Source of the DNA: Candidatus Anstonellales archaeon
Lineage (GTDB): Archaea > Micrarchaeota > Micrarchaeia > Anstonellales > J096
Length of the DNA: 64,000 nucleotides
Assembly: GCA_038896535.1 (NCBI GenBank)
Contig: JAWACY010000001.1
Span: forward strand, 198,397-262,396
Reading direction: 5' to 3'
Positions 17,713 through 29,653 of this stretch are shown here, one piece after another. The translations under genes and the position numbers were made by a program. Each line of letters begins with the position of its first letter. Position 1 is the first letter of the stretch. The notes below the pieces were generated by a model. The model saw only the letters and a program-made list of their open reading frames with translations. It did not search any database and was not told the DNA's origin.

Positions 17713-18204
17713 TTAGTCAAATCTGAAATTTACTATGCCAAGAAATGTTATGGCATTGTTTTCTTTTACTGCATACACCAAGCCCTTTTTCATCATTAAA
17801 GCCTTTGTTATATCATTTTTAGCTGTTTTTGCACTTATATATTCACTATCTTTTATTACTCTCATTAAATAAGCAGTTCTGTCTTTTCCTTGCCTAAAAC
17901 CCTTTTTTCCAACCAGTAAATAAGTATTGCCCTCATTATCAATGGTTTCTCTTGCTATATAGCCATTATCTCTTAAATATTTGAAAACTTCATACGTATG
18001 TCTATTTTTTTCTATATAATCTTTTACCTCATCTATGCCCTTTATTTCGTTCTTTATTTCTTCCTTATCTATGAGTCCATTTTCAAGAGCATAGAATAAC
18101 TCAAATTCTGTTAATAAGAGTTTTTCTCCTTGTTTTAAGCCTATCCCAACATTATAAACTTTTTCATATTTGACTCTATTTCTATTTATATCAAGGCTTT
18201 GCAT
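17713..18204 (-). CDS. tRNA-splicing endonuclease (EndA) family protein, possibly a non-catalytic or structural paralogue
   Basis: By-eye collinearity with M. jannaschii EndA (LTEFELFYALENGLI ~ LSLVEALYLINLGWL; YEVFKYLRDNGYI ~ YLVYKDLRTRGYI; C-terminal block). Tyr and Lys of the catalytic triad appear conserved, but the His position reads Arg/Thr (DRTAYLMRV vs EHSVYLVKV). Confidence 0.5.
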   Translation of the reverse strand: MQSLDINRNRVKYEKVYNVGIGLKQGEKLLLTEFELFYALENGLIDKEEIKNEIKGIDEVKDYIEKNRHTYEVFKYLRDNGYIARETIDNEGNTYLLVGKKGFRQGKDRTAYLMRVIKDSEYISAKTAKNDITKALMMKKGLVYAVKENNAITFLGIVNFRFD

Positions 18205-18252
18205 ATATAAATAATAAAAAGGAATTAAAAAATTATAACACCTTATAATATT

Positions 18253-19320
18253 ATGCAGTTATGCTTTATATGCAAGCAAAGATTTAGGCTTCCATTTCAA
18301 GAAGGTTGCTGCTCAATATGCAGAGATAATAGTATGGTTTTTGCGTATAATATAAAAAATAGCATTATCAATAAGCCAGAAGGAGCAAGAACCTTTTATA
18401 TTAAAGGCATAAATACAAAAAGACTTACTGAATGCATGCTTAATGAAGAGGTTTTTTTTAATTTCTCTATTGGGCAGAGTATAAAATCTTGGATGAATGC
18501 ATATGCACTGCAAAAGATAAAAGAAAAAACAGGGCTTGAACCAAAAACAAGAAACCCAGATGTTTATTATCTAATATCTTTTCCAGATGGATTGGTTGGT
18601 TTTGAATATGGAGACGTTTTTATATATGGCAAATACAACAAATTAAAGTCCGGGATTAGCCAAAAAAGATGGAAAAAATATGAAAAATCAGTTGAGTCAA
18701 TAATTGGAGAAATTGCTCTTAACTATTTTCAGGCAGGTGCATATTATTTACATTGCTCTGGCAGAGAAGATGTTGATGTCATGAATTTTGGTTATAGGCC
18801 ATTTGTAATAGAATTAAAAAGCGCAAAAAAACGCTGGCTTGATTTAAAGGCATTAGAAGAAAAGATAAATAAAAGTGAAGAAGTTAAAGTAATTATAAAC
18901 GGCTATGTTAGAGACAATTTTGTGAAGCTCGTTAGCAATAGCCATTTTGATAAAGTATATAAGGCATATATTTATCCAGCATTAACAGAAGAAGAAAAAG
19001 AAAAATTAAAAAATATAAAAGACCTAGTAATAAATCAGAAAACTCCAAAAAGAGTGCTCTCAAGGAGGGCAGACAAATTGAGAAAAAGAAAAATATATTC
19101 AATTGATTTTGATGAAGATAATGCCATGATCATTAAAGCTGAAGCAGGAACTTATATAAAAGAGTTTATAAGCGGCGATGATGGCAGGACAAGCCCAAGC
19201 ATTTCAAGTATTATAGGAAAGCAAGCCTATTGCAAACAGCTGTTAGTGAATGAAATAAAAAGCGATTTTCTTGATTTTGTTTTTGAAAAATCTAATAAAT
19301 ATAACTATTTGGCCATGTGA
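18253..19320 (+). CDS. pus10: tRNA pseudouridine synthase Pus10 (Psi54/Psi55)
   Basis: N-terminal Zn-binding CxxC...CCxxC, and the Pus10 catalytic motif GREDVDVMNFGYRPFVIEL (the GREDVD..GRPF signature with the catalytic Asp). Confidence 0.8.
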   Translation: MQLCFICKQRFRLPFQEGCCSICRDNSMVFAYNIKNSIINKPEGARTFYIKGINTKRLTECMLNEEVFFNFSIGQSIKSWMNAYALQKIKEKTGLEPKTRNPDVYYLISFPDGLVGFEYGDVFIYGKYNKLKSGISQKRWKKYEKSVESIIGEIALNYFQAGAYYLHCSGREDVDVMNFGYRPFVIELKSAKKRWLDLKALEEKINKSEEVKVIINGYVRDNFVKLVSNSHFDKVYKAYIYPALTEEEKEKLKNIKDLVINQKTPKRVLSRRADKLRKRKIYSIDFDEDNAMIIKAEAGTYIKEFISGDDGRTSPSISSIIGKQAYCKQLLVNEIKSDFLDFVFEKSNKYNYLAM

Positions 19321-19357
19321 TGTTAATGGCAATAAAATAGCTTTAATTATCTATTGT

Positions 19358-20614
19358 CTATCTAGTGTCTAAATACATAACTTTTATGAAATATGCTATT
19401 ATTGCGAGTATTGCAATGCCTATAATAATTAAGAGTGTTTTTACTATATCTATTTGTTGCACTATTTCTTCCTTTATTTCAGTTCTCCCTTGCTCGTATG
19501 TTATATCGGCATTTACCACTCTCTTGTTTCCTGCTTTATCATATAGTTCTAATATAAATGAGTTTTTATCTTTCAGGCCGATAAGTTTTACAAAATATTC
19601 ATTTTTTTTCAGGCTAACAGGCATTTCCAGGCCATTCAGATATGCTTTAACGCCAGCAATGCCAGATGCAAACCTGCCTTCATCAGAAACAAAGAATTTT
19701 GCACTTAAGCTGCCATCCTCCAAGCTTTTTTCGATAAAAAGACCAGCAAGCCTTGGAGCATGAATATCAATGTAATAATTTAATCCCTTTTCTGTATCAA
19801 CATTTAATTTTATCTCATTACCAGCAGTGTATAAAAATGCTTCATAAGTGCCTGAGAATATTGGTATTATCAGCATTTCTCCATTTGAGCTATAGCTCTT
19901 TCCATCTATTGTTATGTTAAAAGGCAGCGGATTCTCATAATCATCAAAGACTCTTGCAGGCATATTAACCTTTCTGAATGATATGACTATTGATGATCCG
20001 TTATCTATCGTTGTGTTAAAATACTTCTTTATTCCCTTGTCTCTTAATATAGCATATCCATCTATATTCCCTGCAGGCAGGGTCAAATAAAGGCCTGCAT
20101 CGCTAATATTGAATTCATGGCCACTAGAAAATACTATGCTAGCATTTGTCTCTTTATCCTCTTCAAAAACTTTTATTGGCACGGTATAAGAATCAACCTT
20201 TATTAGCGTTACATCGGAGATATTTTTTAAATCGATTTTTGTGCTCCAGTTTTTGCCAAGAAGAGAATAATAAACAGTTATTATACAATCAAGCTTTTCT
20301 TCATTCTCTTCATTGTTTGATACAAAAAATGTTAATTTACCATCACTGCCAGTTTTTCTCGTTGTTGTTTCAACATAAATTGGTTGGAAACTTCCATTTA
20401 TGTATCTGCCTATTGTTGTGCTCTGCTGGTAATAAAGCTTTGCCTCTACATTTGCTGCAGCAATGAAGTTGTTGTCTACAAATTGTATCTTTATTTCTTC
20501 TTTGAATTTTGGCTTGCATAAATTGGCTGAAAATGCAAGGTTAAAAATTAATATTAATAGAAAAAGCAGTGTAAAATACCTTTTATTGATGACTCTATTA
20601 TTTTTCAGCATCAT
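19358..20614 (-). CDS. Hypothetical surface protein with a signal peptide and a C-terminal transmembrane anchor
   Basis: N-terminal hydrophobic leader ([20 protein letters not shown]) and a C-terminal TM ([22 protein letters not shown]); the intervening ~340-aa ectodomain is beta-rich. Confidence 0.5.
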   Translation of the reverse strand: MMLKNNRVINKRYFTLLFLLILIFNLAFSANLCKPKFKEEIKIQFVDNNFIAAANVEAKLYYQQSTTIGRYINGSFQPIYVETTTRKTGSDGKLTFFVSNNEENEEKLDCIITVYYSLLGKNWSTKIDLKNISDVTLIKVDSYTVPIKVFEEDKETNASIVFSSGHEFNISDAGLYLTLPAGNIDGYAILRDKGIKKYFNTTIDNGSSIVISFRKVNMPARVFDDYENPLPFNITIDGKSYSSNGEMLIIPIFSGTYEAFLYTAGNEIKLNVDTEKGLNYYIDIHAPRLAGLFIEKSLEDGSLSAKFFVSDEGRFASGIAGVKAYLNGLEMPVSLKKNEYFVKLIGLKDKNSFILELYDKAGNKRVVNADITYEQGRTEIKEEIVQQIDIVKTLLIIIGIAILAIIAYFIKVMYLDTR

Positions 20615-22991
20615 GTTCTACACCACTATTAAAAGCTATGGCAACAGATGCTATCTCATCATCTTTTAATTTCATAAGCCTGACCCCATGGCTATTTCTC
20701 CCATATTCTGGTATATTTTCGCACTTAATATTTATAACCATTCCCTTTTTGCTTGTTATTATTAAATTATCACTTTTCTTTACATTCCCTGAGCAAAATA
20801 CAACATTTTCATTTTCGCCCTTTAATTTTATATTTATTATCCCAGACCCTCCTCTTTTCTGTAATCTATAGTCATTGATATCTGTAAATCTTCCATAACC
20901 TGATGAGGTTATTGTTAATACGCTTTTTTCTGTTATGCTTGATATGCTTATTGCATTATCCCCATTTCCTATTTTTATTGCCCTTACCCCAATTGCTGTT
21001 CTCCCGCTCTCTCTTAAATCAGATGCCTTGAATAATATTGCTTTACCCTTTTTTGTTGCTACAAGCAAAGGCTCATTATTATTTATTGTAACATCAGCAA
21101 GCGAGTCGTTTTGTTTAAATGTTATTGCTCTTATTCCATTTACCCTTATATTAGAAAAAGCATCTGCTTCAACCTTTTTTGCGATGCCCATTTTTGTAAG
21201 CATCACTACACTCTGGCCCGGCTTTAATACAATTGCTCTCAACAATTTTTCATCACTTTCAAGTTTTATCAAATTTCCTATAAAAATGCCTTTTGCATAT
21301 CTGCTTTCTATTGGTATTTCAGAGACATTCAAGCTATAAACTTTGCCCCTATCAGTGAAAACAAGGACTTTTTCATTGCTCATGGCATTTAACATTGCTA
21401 ATATATCCTGTTCATGAGATGATATTCTTATTCCAACCCCGCCTCTGTGCTGTTCTTTTATCTCAGCAGGATTGACTCTTTTTATATACCCCTGATTTGT
21501 TATTATGACAAGGCTTTCTTCTAAATACTCTTTTGTTTCAATGCCATGCTCTAATATTTGGGTTCTTCTATTAATAGAATAATTATTTTTTATCTCCTCT
21601 ATCTCTTGTTTTATTATATTATCTATTTTTTCACTTGATGCCAATATGTCTTTGCATTCTTTAACATATCTTTCTGTTTCAAGCATCTCTTTTTTTATCG
21701 CCTCTCTTTCTAATGAAGCAAGCCTTTGTAATTTTATATCAAGTATTGCATCTGCTTGTTTTTCATCTATTCCATATGCCTTCATAAGCTCTTTTTTTGC
21801 TGTGCTGGCATTATCAGATTCTTTTATTATTTTTATAGCCCTATCTATATCAGATATTGCCATAACTATGCCTTTTAACATATGTAATTTTTCTTCTGCT
21901 TTTTTTAATCTGAATGCTGTCCTCCTTGTTATTACCTGCCTTCTAAAATCAATGAAATAATCAAGCATCTCCTCAAGCGTTAAAAGTCTTGGCCTGCCAT
22001 TTACAAGAGCAATGTTTATTGCATAATAATTTGTTTTAAGTGAAGTTGTTTCATAAAGTTTTTGTAAAACAATTTCTGGTTTATAACCCCTTTTTACTTT
22101 TATTTCTATTAAAAGGCCTTTCTTATCGCTCCTATCATGTAAATCGGCTATACCATCAACGCTGCCATTTTTAACAGCATTCACTATTTCTTCTATGATT
22201 TTTGTCTTACTTACTTTGTATGGGATTTCAGTAATCTTTATCATATCTCCATCAATTTCAGCTTTTGCCATTAAAACTATCTTTCCTTTTCCACTAGCAT
22301 AAAGTTGCCTTATTCCTTCATTGCTTTGTATAATGCCCCCAGTAGGAAAATCAGGCCCTTTTATATACTCTAAAGCATTTGGTTGCTTATTCAATTTTGC
22401 TATTAATGCATTACAAACTTCTGCTAAATTGTGGGGCGGTATTTCAGAAACCATTGCTACAGCTATGCCAGAACTGCCATTTATTAGCAATTGCGGTATT
22501 TTTGATGGCAAAACAACTGGCTCTTTTGTTGTATTATCAAAATTCGGTCTAAAATCAACAACATCCTCTTCTATGTCTGCAAGCATTTCTTCTGCAATTT
22601 TTGATAATCTTACTTCTGTATACCTCATAGCTGCTGGGGGGTCATTATCTATGCTCCCAAAATTTCCTTGCCCGTCTATTAATGGATAAGCCATAGAGAA
22701 ATCCTGTGCCATTCTAACAAGTGCTTCATACAATGCAGCATCTCCATGCGGGTGGTAATGGCCAAGAGCATGGCCAACAACTCTGGCACTTTTTATGTAT
22801 GGCCTGTTATGGTAATTGTTAAGTTCTTTCATTGAATACAAAATTCTTCTATGCACTGGCTTTAGCCCATCTCTTATATCTGGCAAAGCCCTTGCGACAA
22901 TAATGCTCATTGCATAGCTTATATAACTTTTTTTCAGTTCATCTTCAACATTTACCATATGTTCATATGTCAAGTTCTCCCTCCAAAGCAT
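20598..22991 (-). CDS. gyrA: DNA gyrase subunit A
   Basis: N-terminal [29 protein letters not shown] with the active-site Tyr region (AAMRYTE), and a C-terminal beta-pinwheel repeat region. 797 aa. Confidence 0.95.
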   Translation of the reverse strand: MLWRENLTYEHMVNVEDELKKSYISYAMSIIVARALPDIRDGLKPVHRRILYSMKELNNYHNRPYIKSARVVGHALGHYHPHGDAALYEALVRMAQDFSMAYPLIDGQGNFGSIDNDPPAAMRYTEVRLSKIAEEMLADIEEDVVDFRPNFDNTTKEPVVLPSKIPQLLINGSSGIAVAMVSEIPPHNLAEVCNALIAKLNKQPNALEYIKGPDFPTGGIIQSNEGIRQLYASGKGKIVLMAKAEIDGDMIKITEIPYKVSKTKIIEEIVNAVKNGSVDGIADLHDRSDKKGLLIEIKVKRGYKPEIVLQKLYETTSLKTNYYAINIALVNGRPRLLTLEEMLDYFIDFRRQVITRRTAFRLKKAEEKLHMLKGIVMAISDIDRAIKIIKESDNASTAKKELMKAYGIDEKQADAILDIKLQRLASLEREAIKKEMLETERYVKECKDILASSEKIDNIIKQEIEEIKNNYSINRRTQILEHGIETKEYLEESLVIITNQGYIKRVNPAEIKEQHRGGVGIRISSHEQDILAMLNAMSNEKVLVFTDRGKVYSLNVSEIPIESRYAKGIFIGNLIKLESDEKLLRAIVLKPGQSVVMLTKMGIAKKVEADAFSNIRVNGIRAITFKQNDSLADVTINNNEPLLVATKKGKAILFKASDLRESGRTAIGVRAIKIGNGDNAISISSITEKSVLTITSSGYGRFTDINDYRLQKRGGSGIINIKLKGENENVVFCSGNVKKSDNLIITSKKGMVINIKCENIPEYGRNSHGVRLMKLKDDEIASVAIAFNSGVEHDAEK

Positions 22992-24918
22992 ATGTTTCTA
23001 TGAATGTCTTTCTTTTCTCTACATCTTCCCCCATTAATATTGAAAAAAGTTCATCTGCTATCTCAGCATCCTTTATTGTTACTTTATCAATTATTCTTTT
23101 TTCTGGCTGCATTGTTGTTTCCCATAATTGTTCTGGATTCATTTCTCCAAGGCCCTTATATCTTTGTATATTGCAATTTCCAATTTTATTTACTATGTTT
23201 TCTTTTTCTTCTTCTGAATATGCATAGTATATTGCCTTTCCTTTTGTTATCTTATAGAGTGGGGGATGTGCTATGTATATATGGCCATTTTCTATTAAAG
23301 GCCTCATATACCTAAAAAAGAACGTAAGAAGCAAGGTTTTTATGTGGTTCCCATCAACATCAGCATCAGTCATGATTATGATTTTTCCATATCTTAATTT
23401 ACTTATATCAAATTCCTCCTTTATGCCAGTGCCAATAGCTGTTATCAATGCCCTTATTTCTTCATTACTCAAAACCTTTATCCTGTTTGCTTTTTCAACA
23501 TTTATGACTTTTCCTTTTAATGGCATTATTGCTTGAAATTCTCTTGCTCTTGCCTGCTTTGCACTGCCACCAGCGCTTTCTCCTTCGACAATAAATAGCT
23601 CTGCTTTCTCAACATTTTTCTCAATACAATCAGCAAGCTTTCCAGGAAGCATGCTTGTTTCAAAGACACTTTTCCTCCTAACTGTTTCCTTTGCTTTTCT
23701 TGCTGCCTCTCTTGCTTCCATCGCTGATATTACTTTTTTCATTATTATTTTTGCATCTTCTCCATGCCTCTCAAGCCATTCTTGGAATTTGTCATAAAAA
23801 ATTCTTTCAACAATGCCCTTTATTTCATTATTGCCCAGCTTTGTTTTTGTTTGCCCTTCAAATTGCGGGGATGGTATTCTAACATGCAAGACGGCAGCAA
23901 GCCCTTCAAGCACATCCTCGCCAGAAACCTTTTGGCTCTGGCCATTTTTTCTCATATACTCATTTATGCCTCTTGTTAAAGCTGCCTTAAATCCTATTAC
24001 ATGAGTTCCCCCTTCTTCATTTCTTATTGTATTTGTAAATGCATGTATTGAATCATAAAATGTTTCATTGTATTGCAATGCTATTTCTATTGCAACGTTT
24101 CCTGCAATAGCATCATTCTCTTCTGATTTAATATATGCTATATTTTCATGTATTGGTTTTTTTGCCTCATTAATTGCCTTAACGAAATCTATAAGGCCGT
24201 TGTTAAATAAATATTTTTCCATCTCCCCATTGAATATAAATGTTATTGAAAGTCCAGGATTAAGGTAGGCTATTTCTTTTAATCTTGTTCTTATAATTGA
24301 GCTGTCCCATTGCTCATCGCCAAATATCTCTTTATCAGGCACAAACTTAACTATTGTTCCTGTTTCTGAATTTTCTGTTTTTCCTATCTCCTCAACCTGG
24401 CTCAATACATTGCCCTTTGAGTATTTTTGTCTATATATTTTATTATTTCTTTTTACGATAACTTCCATTTCTTGCGATAAGGCACATACAACGCTAATAC
24501 CAACACCATGTAAGCCGCCAGAGACTTTATAAGCAGTTTTTTCAAATTTTCCTCCTGCATGCAGCATTGTAACAACAGTTTCTAAAGTGCTTTTTCCTGT
24601 TTCTGGATGTGTTTCAACTGGAATGCCTCTTCCATCATCGCTTATTATTGCAGCATTTCCCTGTATTTCTACAATAATATTTTTGCAATAGCCAGCCATT
24701 GCTTCATCGACACTGTTATCTATAACCTCCCATAAAAGGTGGTGCATGCCCTTTTTTCCAGTATCTCCTATATACATTGCTGGCCTTAATCTTACGCCCT
24801 CAAGCCCTTTCAATACTTTAATATCCTTCGCCGTGTATTCATTATTTTCCAAAATACCACCTACATAGCAATATAAGAAAAAAACATTGTTATTCTTGTT
24901 ATTAATATTAATTATCAA
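22963..24918 (-). CDS. gyrB: DNA gyrase subunit B
   Basis: GHKL ATPase motifs ([23 protein letters not shown]), Toprim [10 protein letters not shown], and the DVDGNHI motif. 651 aa, immediately upstream of gyrA. Confidence 0.95.
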   Translation of the reverse strand: MIININNKNNNVFFLYCYVGGILENNEYTAKDIKVLKGLEGVRLRPAMYIGDTGKKGMHHLLWEVIDNSVDEAMAGYCKNIIVEIQGNAAIISDDGRGIPVETHPETGKSTLETVVTMLHAGGKFEKTAYKVSGGLHGVGISVVCALSQEMEVIVKRNNKIYRQKYSKGNVLSQVEEIGKTENSETGTIVKFVPDKEIFGDEQWDSSIIRTRLKEIAYLNPGLSITFIFNGEMEKYLFNNGLIDFVKAINEAKKPIHENIAYIKSEENDAIAGNVAIEIALQYNETFYDSIHAFTNTIRNEEGGTHVIGFKAALTRGINEYMRKNGQSQKVSGEDVLEGLAAVLHVRIPSPQFEGQTKTKLGNNEIKGIVERIFYDKFQEWLERHGEDAKIIMKKVISAMEAREAARKAKETVRRKSVFETSMLPGKLADCIEKNVEKAELFIVEGESAGGSAKQARAREFQAIMPLKGKVINVEKANRIKVLSNEEIRALITAIGTGIKEEFDISKLRYGKIIIMTDADVDGNHIKTLLLTFFFRYMRPLIENGHIYIAHPPLYKITKGKAIYYAYSEEEKENIVNKIGNCNIQRYKGLGEMNPEQLWETTMQPEKRIIDKVTIKDAEIADELFSILMGEDVEKRKTFIETYALEGELDI

Positions 24919-25021
24919 TATTTTTATTTATTTTTATCATTTTACTCATATTTTTATTTTGCTCATATTTTTCATAACACAAAATATCATAGCCGTATCA
25001 TCGCCATATAATAGCCAATCA

Positions 25022-27289
25022 TCACGCCAACATATTCTTTGCTTGTTCAGCATTTTTGCTTAATTCTTCAATAACTTCTTTTTTAGCTATTATTAATATT
25101 GTTTTATCACCAACCTTTTTTATAACCATGCTATTGCTTAATCCCTCTGCATTTAATGCCTCTGTTCCAATAAAGTCAATTTCTTCTTTTATCAACGCAG
25201 CAAGATTTTTCATTAAACTTTTCTTTTCTTGCTTTATATAAGATGCAATAATGTTCTTATCTTTTAAAACTATGATTGCTGAAACCTTATCTTTTTTATC
25301 TTTGTACAAATGCTCTATATAGATATCTGCTTTCTGCTCTTCTGTCAATTTTCTTTTTACAAGCATTACTCCCTCTATTGAACTGAATTTTTCTGGATGT
25401 TCTTTAATGTATTCTTTTGCTGCCCAGAAGCGCCATTCTATTGGTATAGCAACAAGCGCATCAAGAGGGAGTTGATCAACTTTTTCTATTTTTTCATTTA
25501 TATAATCAAGCCATTCTCTTCTTTTTTGTTTTGCCAGTTCGACCTTTTGACTTACAGATGCTGATATGCTATTAACAGCATTTATATAACCGACTATTTT
25601 GTCTCTAACCTCTTTTTGGTTTGGATTGCTGTAAATTTCTTTCTTTATTGCATCAATTGGTATTGATAACAATTGCGACATTTGCTGGCCAACATCCATC
25701 TCCATTTCTGCAGCCTTATCAAGTGCTTTTTTTGTTTTTTCTATATTATCACTCAATGTTTGCCATAGCTTCAAGTTTTTATTCTGGGTTGGAGCCTCAA
25801 CTGCTTCGTCATACTCTTTTCCAGAGAGAAGCCTTTTAATCCTATCTATAAATGACAGACTGAGGAATAATAGGCCTGCAGCATAACCAGCAGTATTAAT
25901 TATTATCAATGGATCTTGCGTTACCAATGTTATTAAACTATTTAATGATAATTTTTGCATAGAAATTGGCGACATTATATAAATATCAAGAACATAGCTG
26001 GCAATTAATAATATTGAACCAATAGCCATATCAGTTGTCCATGTTAATGAAGCAAAACCAAAAGCCCTTCTTAATGAGTATATGATTGGTTTTCTTTGCC
26101 TTATAAGAGATATGAGCCTTAATATATAAGCAGCAAGTTCAAGTATAATAATTAGTATAAATGCAAAAATCCATATAATGATGCCAAGACTTAACTTTGT
26201 CATGTTTGTTGCCTGAAATGCTGGCATGTAAATTGTGTTAAGATTATTAACAAGTCCTTCAATATTTGATATGTCTATAAAAACAAGCCTTACTTCTGCT
26301 TTAACGTCATTCCATATCTCATATTGTATTATATCCCTTGATAATGCTCCAATAGCATAATATAAAATATAAATTTTTGCGTCGTTTGTAAACCTTATGT
26401 CGCTATAATCAAGCCTAATTGGATTTGTCCCTGCTCTCCTTATTGCAGTGCTTAAGACATAATCTTTTATGTTTGAATCAATTCTTGGGTCTATTGTTTC
26501 TCTCATACTAACTTCTATTGTATTAGTCCCAATATTGCTGCCAGTTATAGAAGTGATGACAAATGCTTTATGCCTTACTACATTTGCTGTGCCAACATAT
26601 TTTGTTAAATTGCCAAGTTCATATGAGAATGAGCAGAATTTTGCATCTTTTATTAATGGATGCTCTTCCATCTCTTTCAATATAAACTGTAATGTTGTGA
26701 TCCTTGAGGAGATATCTTTTGATGTATCGCCCGGCTTTAATGCCTGGCTTAATAGAAGCAATGCTCTTAATTGCTCATCTCTCTGCCTGAGCAAGTTTGA
26801 GTAATCATATAACATTAATCCATATTTTTGTTCTTTACATGCTTTAGAAAGGCATGAGTTCTCGCAACTTTTTTCATCATTACATAATAATGGCTCAAAT
26901 AAAGATTTGCATGAAACATCCTCCTTTATTAAGTTTTCATTTATTGCTATTATCTCATTTTTTAGTTTTGCTGTCTCGTTTTCATCTATCAATATGCTTT
27001 TAGGATTAACTTCTATAACATCCGGGTATAGATAAATTTTCCTGTTAATGAATAATGTTGAATTACCGGCATTTGTTTTTGTTTCTGTATAATATATATT
27101 GTATATATCTGGCACTCCATTTTCATCAATATCTGATGATGAAATGCTTGATAATGGCATATTTTCTTGTAAGTTTTTTTCAACTCTAAATATGCAACCA
27201 TTAAGAAATAACAAAAATGCTAATAAAAATAAAAACAAAAACCTTGCTTTATTATCAATGAAATGCATAAATTGTTTTTTGTGTAGCAT
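25022..27289 (-). CDS. Large hypothetical membrane protein (755 aa): N-terminal signal anchor, ~330-aa ectodomain, central polytopic TM block, ~270-aa C-terminal cytoplasmic domain
   Basis: Hydrophobic segments near residues 15-35 and 365-470. No catalytic motif recognised. Confidence 0.5.
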   Translation of the reverse strand: MLHKKQFMHFIDNKARFLFLFLLAFLLFLNGCIFRVEKNLQENMPLSSISSSDIDENGVPDIYNIYYTETKTNAGNSTLFINRKIYLYPDVIEVNPKSILIDENETAKLKNEIIAINENLIKEDVSCKSLFEPLLCNDEKSCENSCLSKACKEQKYGLMLYDYSNLLRQRDEQLRALLLLSQALKPGDTSKDISSRITTLQFILKEMEEHPLIKDAKFCSFSYELGNLTKYVGTANVVRHKAFVITSITGSNIGTNTIEVSMRETIDPRIDSNIKDYVLSTAIRRAGTNPIRLDYSDIRFTNDAKIYILYYAIGALSRDIIQYEIWNDVKAEVRLVFIDISNIEGLVNNLNTIYMPAFQATNMTKLSLGIIIWIFAFILIIILELAAYILRLISLIRQRKPIIYSLRRAFGFASLTWTTDMAIGSILLIASYVLDIYIMSPISMQKLSLNSLITLVTQDPLIIINTAGYAAGLLFLSLSFIDRIKRLLSGKEYDEAVEAPTQNKNLKLWQTLSDNIEKTKKALDKAAEMEMDVGQQMSQLLSIPIDAIKKEIYSNPNQKEVRDKIVGYINAVNSISASVSQKVELAKQKRREWLDYINEKIEKVDQLPLDALVAIPIEWRFWAAKEYIKEHPEKFSSIEGVMLVKRKLTEEQKADIYIEHLYKDKKDKVSAIIVLKDKNIIASYIKQEKKSLMKNLAALIKEEIDFIGTEALNAEGLSNSMVIKKVGDKTILIIAKKEVIEELSKNAEQAKNMLA

Positions 27290-27344
27290 TTAAAAATATT
27301 AACTTCTCTTGCTTTTTATTGCTTTTTTTGTTTTTTCATAGCCA

Positions 27345-27875
27345 TTAAAAAGTGTCCTTTCCAGTTAATTTTGAATACATTATTTGTTCTCTTATTTTAG
27401 ATAAGTAATTTAATACAGAACTGTGCTTGCTGCCATTAAGAATTTTCATTATTGCTTCTTTTGCATATGTCATAGTGTAGTATGGTGCTATTATGCTTAT
27501 ACTATGTCCATAAACAGCGATTAAACAATCAGCTGAGCTTTCTATCTCTTTTTTTATTCTCCCCATCTTTCCTATTACCCTTCCTTTCAGCCTTTTTATG
27601 CAGTTTTCTGTATTGCAAAAATCTCTTAAATCTATTGACTCAAACGCATTTTCATTTGATAAAAGCTTATAAGCTTGTTCTTTGCTAAAGCCTTTTGCAA
27701 TTGCTTTTATTACTGGCATAGCAAAAAATACATTTTCAGCATTGCCCTTTATATGAATAACATTATCAGAAAATTCTATAATAATATTAAGCTTTTTCTC
27801 CAGCTCTTCTTTCTCTTTTTTTATCAATTCAAGCCTTTTAAAGCTTACTTTTATTGTCTCAGCGCTTTCTTCCAT
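27345..27875 (-). CDS. KH-domain RNA-binding protein (archaeal Dim2/Pno1-like, two KH modules)
   Basis: GXXG KH signature in RVIGKMGRIKKEIE. Size (~176 aa) and two-KH layout are typical of aDim2. Confidence 0.65.
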   Translation of the reverse strand: MEESAETIKVSFKRLELIKKEKEELEKKLNIIIEFSDNVIHIKGNAENVFFAMPVIKAIAKGFSKEQAYKLLSNENAFESIDLRDFCNTENCIKRLKGRVIGKMGRIKKEIESSADCLIAVYGHSISIIAPYYTMTYAKEAIMKILNGSKHSSVLNYLSKIREQIMYSKLTGKDTF

Positions 27876-28640
27876 TTAGGCCCCACCAATATTGCCATTA
27901 TTTTTATTATTTTCTATTATTAATTTTAATATGCCGGCATTTGTCTCGTCAGTTTCATCCTTTATAAGTTTTTTAGCAAGTTGTTTAATATCCTCATTTT
28001 CTTTTAACAAAAACAATGCATTCAAGCATATTCTCCTGACTTTCTTGTCCCAATCAGACGCAAGGAACTTAAATAAATCAAGTACTTCCTTTTTGTTAAT
28101 AAATCCTTGTAAAACATTCAGAGCCATGTATTGTGATTCACCGAATTCAAATTTAGCTATATTAAAGATTTCATTAAAATACATTTCTTTTATCTCATCT
28201 GACATATGTGAGATTAATAAAATAAATTCATAAGCATGCTCCTTTGCAAGGCCTTTTAACAAGTTTTTTGTCATTTCTTTTATTTTGCTATTATCATCTT
28301 CCCCTTTTAAAAGCCTTTCAAAAGCTATGCTTAGCTCAACTTGCTCAGCAAGAAGCTTTATTGTTTTTAATATGCATTCATTGCATTCAGCCTTTATGTA
28401 AAGAGCCATTGTATAATAGCATAAGGTTGCCTTAGAAATGTTTATTAATGGCTTTAGTTCCTTATTCTTTAGATACCTCTCCAATATTCTTGGCGTTAAC
28501 ATTATATGGTTTTTTATAATACTAATAGCTTCATCATACTTTCCATCTTTAACTCTATTTATTGCCATCCAGTATAGCTTATCAACATTTTCTTCATGCA
28601 ATACATCCATAACATCCCAGGATTTTTTCTTCTCAGCCAT
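27876..28640 (-). CDS. Hypothetical alpha-helical repeat (HEAT/ARM-like) protein
   Basis: 254-aa ORF translationally coupled (stop/start abutting) to the KH-protein gene. Amphipathic helix periodicity; no catalytic motif. Confidence 0.45.
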   Translation of the reverse strand: MAEKKKSWDVMDVLHEENVDKLYWMAINRVKDGKYDEAISIIKNHIMLTPRILERYLKNKELKPLINISKATLCYYTMALYIKAECNECILKTIKLLAEQVELSIAFERLLKGEDDNSKIKEMTKNLLKGLAKEHAYEFILLISHMSDEIKEMYFNEIFNIAKFEFGESQYMALNVLQGFINKKEVLDLFKFLASDWDKKVRRICLNALFLLKENEDIKQLAKKLIKDETDETNAGILKLIIENNKNNGNIGGA

Positions 28641-28689
28641 TCAACCACTCTTCAATGCTTTATTCTTTGCTCAATTACACCTTCTATCA

Positions 28690-28915
28690 CATGTTCGATC
28701 ACATCTTCGATCATTTTTCGATTTTTAATAATACTTATTTTAATAATACTTAAAATTAATACTTAATAATGTTTAATAATATAATAATATTAATAATACG
28801 GTAGGATTTTAATAATATGATTATGATTTTTTACTTAATTTTTTTACTTAATTTTAAAATTTTTTACCCAATTTAATTTTAATTTTACCAGTAATTTTAA
28901 TTTTACCAATTAATT
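28690..28915. repeat. AT-rich low-complexity intergenic tract with short direct repeats (taataatact, tttttacttaatt x2, taattttaattttacca x2); probably a promoter region for the flanking divergent genes
   Basis: Visible tandem and interspersed short repeats. No ORF, no RNA structure recognised. Confidence 0.4.
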
Positions 28916-29314
28916 TTAATTTATTATAAATAAATTGCTATCTTTTATTTCACAAAGGAAATAAGCTATGCCATTATATCTTATTATATAAAAACCATTT
29001 TTTATGCCATATAAATTCATTTTTCTTAGATCCATGGCTTTATTTTCACATAATAATAAAAGGGCATCTCTGCTTATATCCAATGTTTTAATATTATTTA
29101 TCTCTTTGTACTGCCTAAATACAGGCAAAAATGCTGGAGTTGGCATATAACTTTTATTTATTATACAAATGCCTTTTTGCAAAGCTTGATGCTGCATAAG
29201 TTCTTTTGATGCAATAAAAGTGCAACCAGCCTTTTTATATGTATAAAAATTTTTTTCTCTTATATTATTTATAAATTGGGCCATTTCATTTTTGATTATT
29301 TCATTTCTTGCCAT
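28916..29314 (-). CDS. Hypothetical protein, 132 aa
   Basis: ORF between the AT-rich tract and tRNA-Gly. No motif recognised. Confidence 0.35.
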   Translation of the reverse strand: MARNEIIKNEMAQFINNIREKNFYTYKKAGCTFIASKELMQHQALQKGICIINKSYMPTPAFLPVFRQYKEINNIKTLDISRDALLLLCENKAMDLRKMNLYGIKNGFYIIRYNGIAYFLCEIKDSNLFIIN

Positions 29315-29404
29315 TATTATGCTGAATGCTATAAATATTTAAAAAATGTAACTACACAAAATACACAAAATTAAAAAGGTTAAAAAAGATAAAAAAAGAA
29401 AAAA

Positions 29405-29476
29405 GCGGTCGTAGTCTAGTGGTTAGGATGTAGGCCTTCCAAGCCTGAGACCCGGGTTCAAATCCCGGCGACCGCA
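29405..29476 (+). tRNA. tRNA-Gly (anticodon TCC)
   Basis: Acceptor GCGGTCG/CGACCGC, anticodon stem TAGGC/GCCTG with loop CTTCCAA, T-arm CCGGG-TTCAAAT-CCCGG, discriminator A. Confidence 0.85.
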
Positions 29477-29580
29477 ATTAATCTTACAACTAATTTTAGG
29501 CATATTAATTAATTTAATTAATCCATATTGTTATAATATTGTTATAATTACTATAATTAAATGATTGAATGACCGAAAAG

Positions 29581-29653
29581 TTTATAAATAAGTTATGACA
29601 TTTAATTATTATACTGTTTATTGTTTTACAAAATTAATATTTGAGGTGAAAAA
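29581..29653 (+). promoter_or_regulatory. Putative archaeal promoter (TATA-like TTTATAAATA) and Shine-Dalgarno GAGGTGA upstream of tfb
   Basis: tttataaata at 29581 in an AT-rich context; gaggtga 5-11 nt upstream of the ATG at 29654. Confidence 0.35.
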
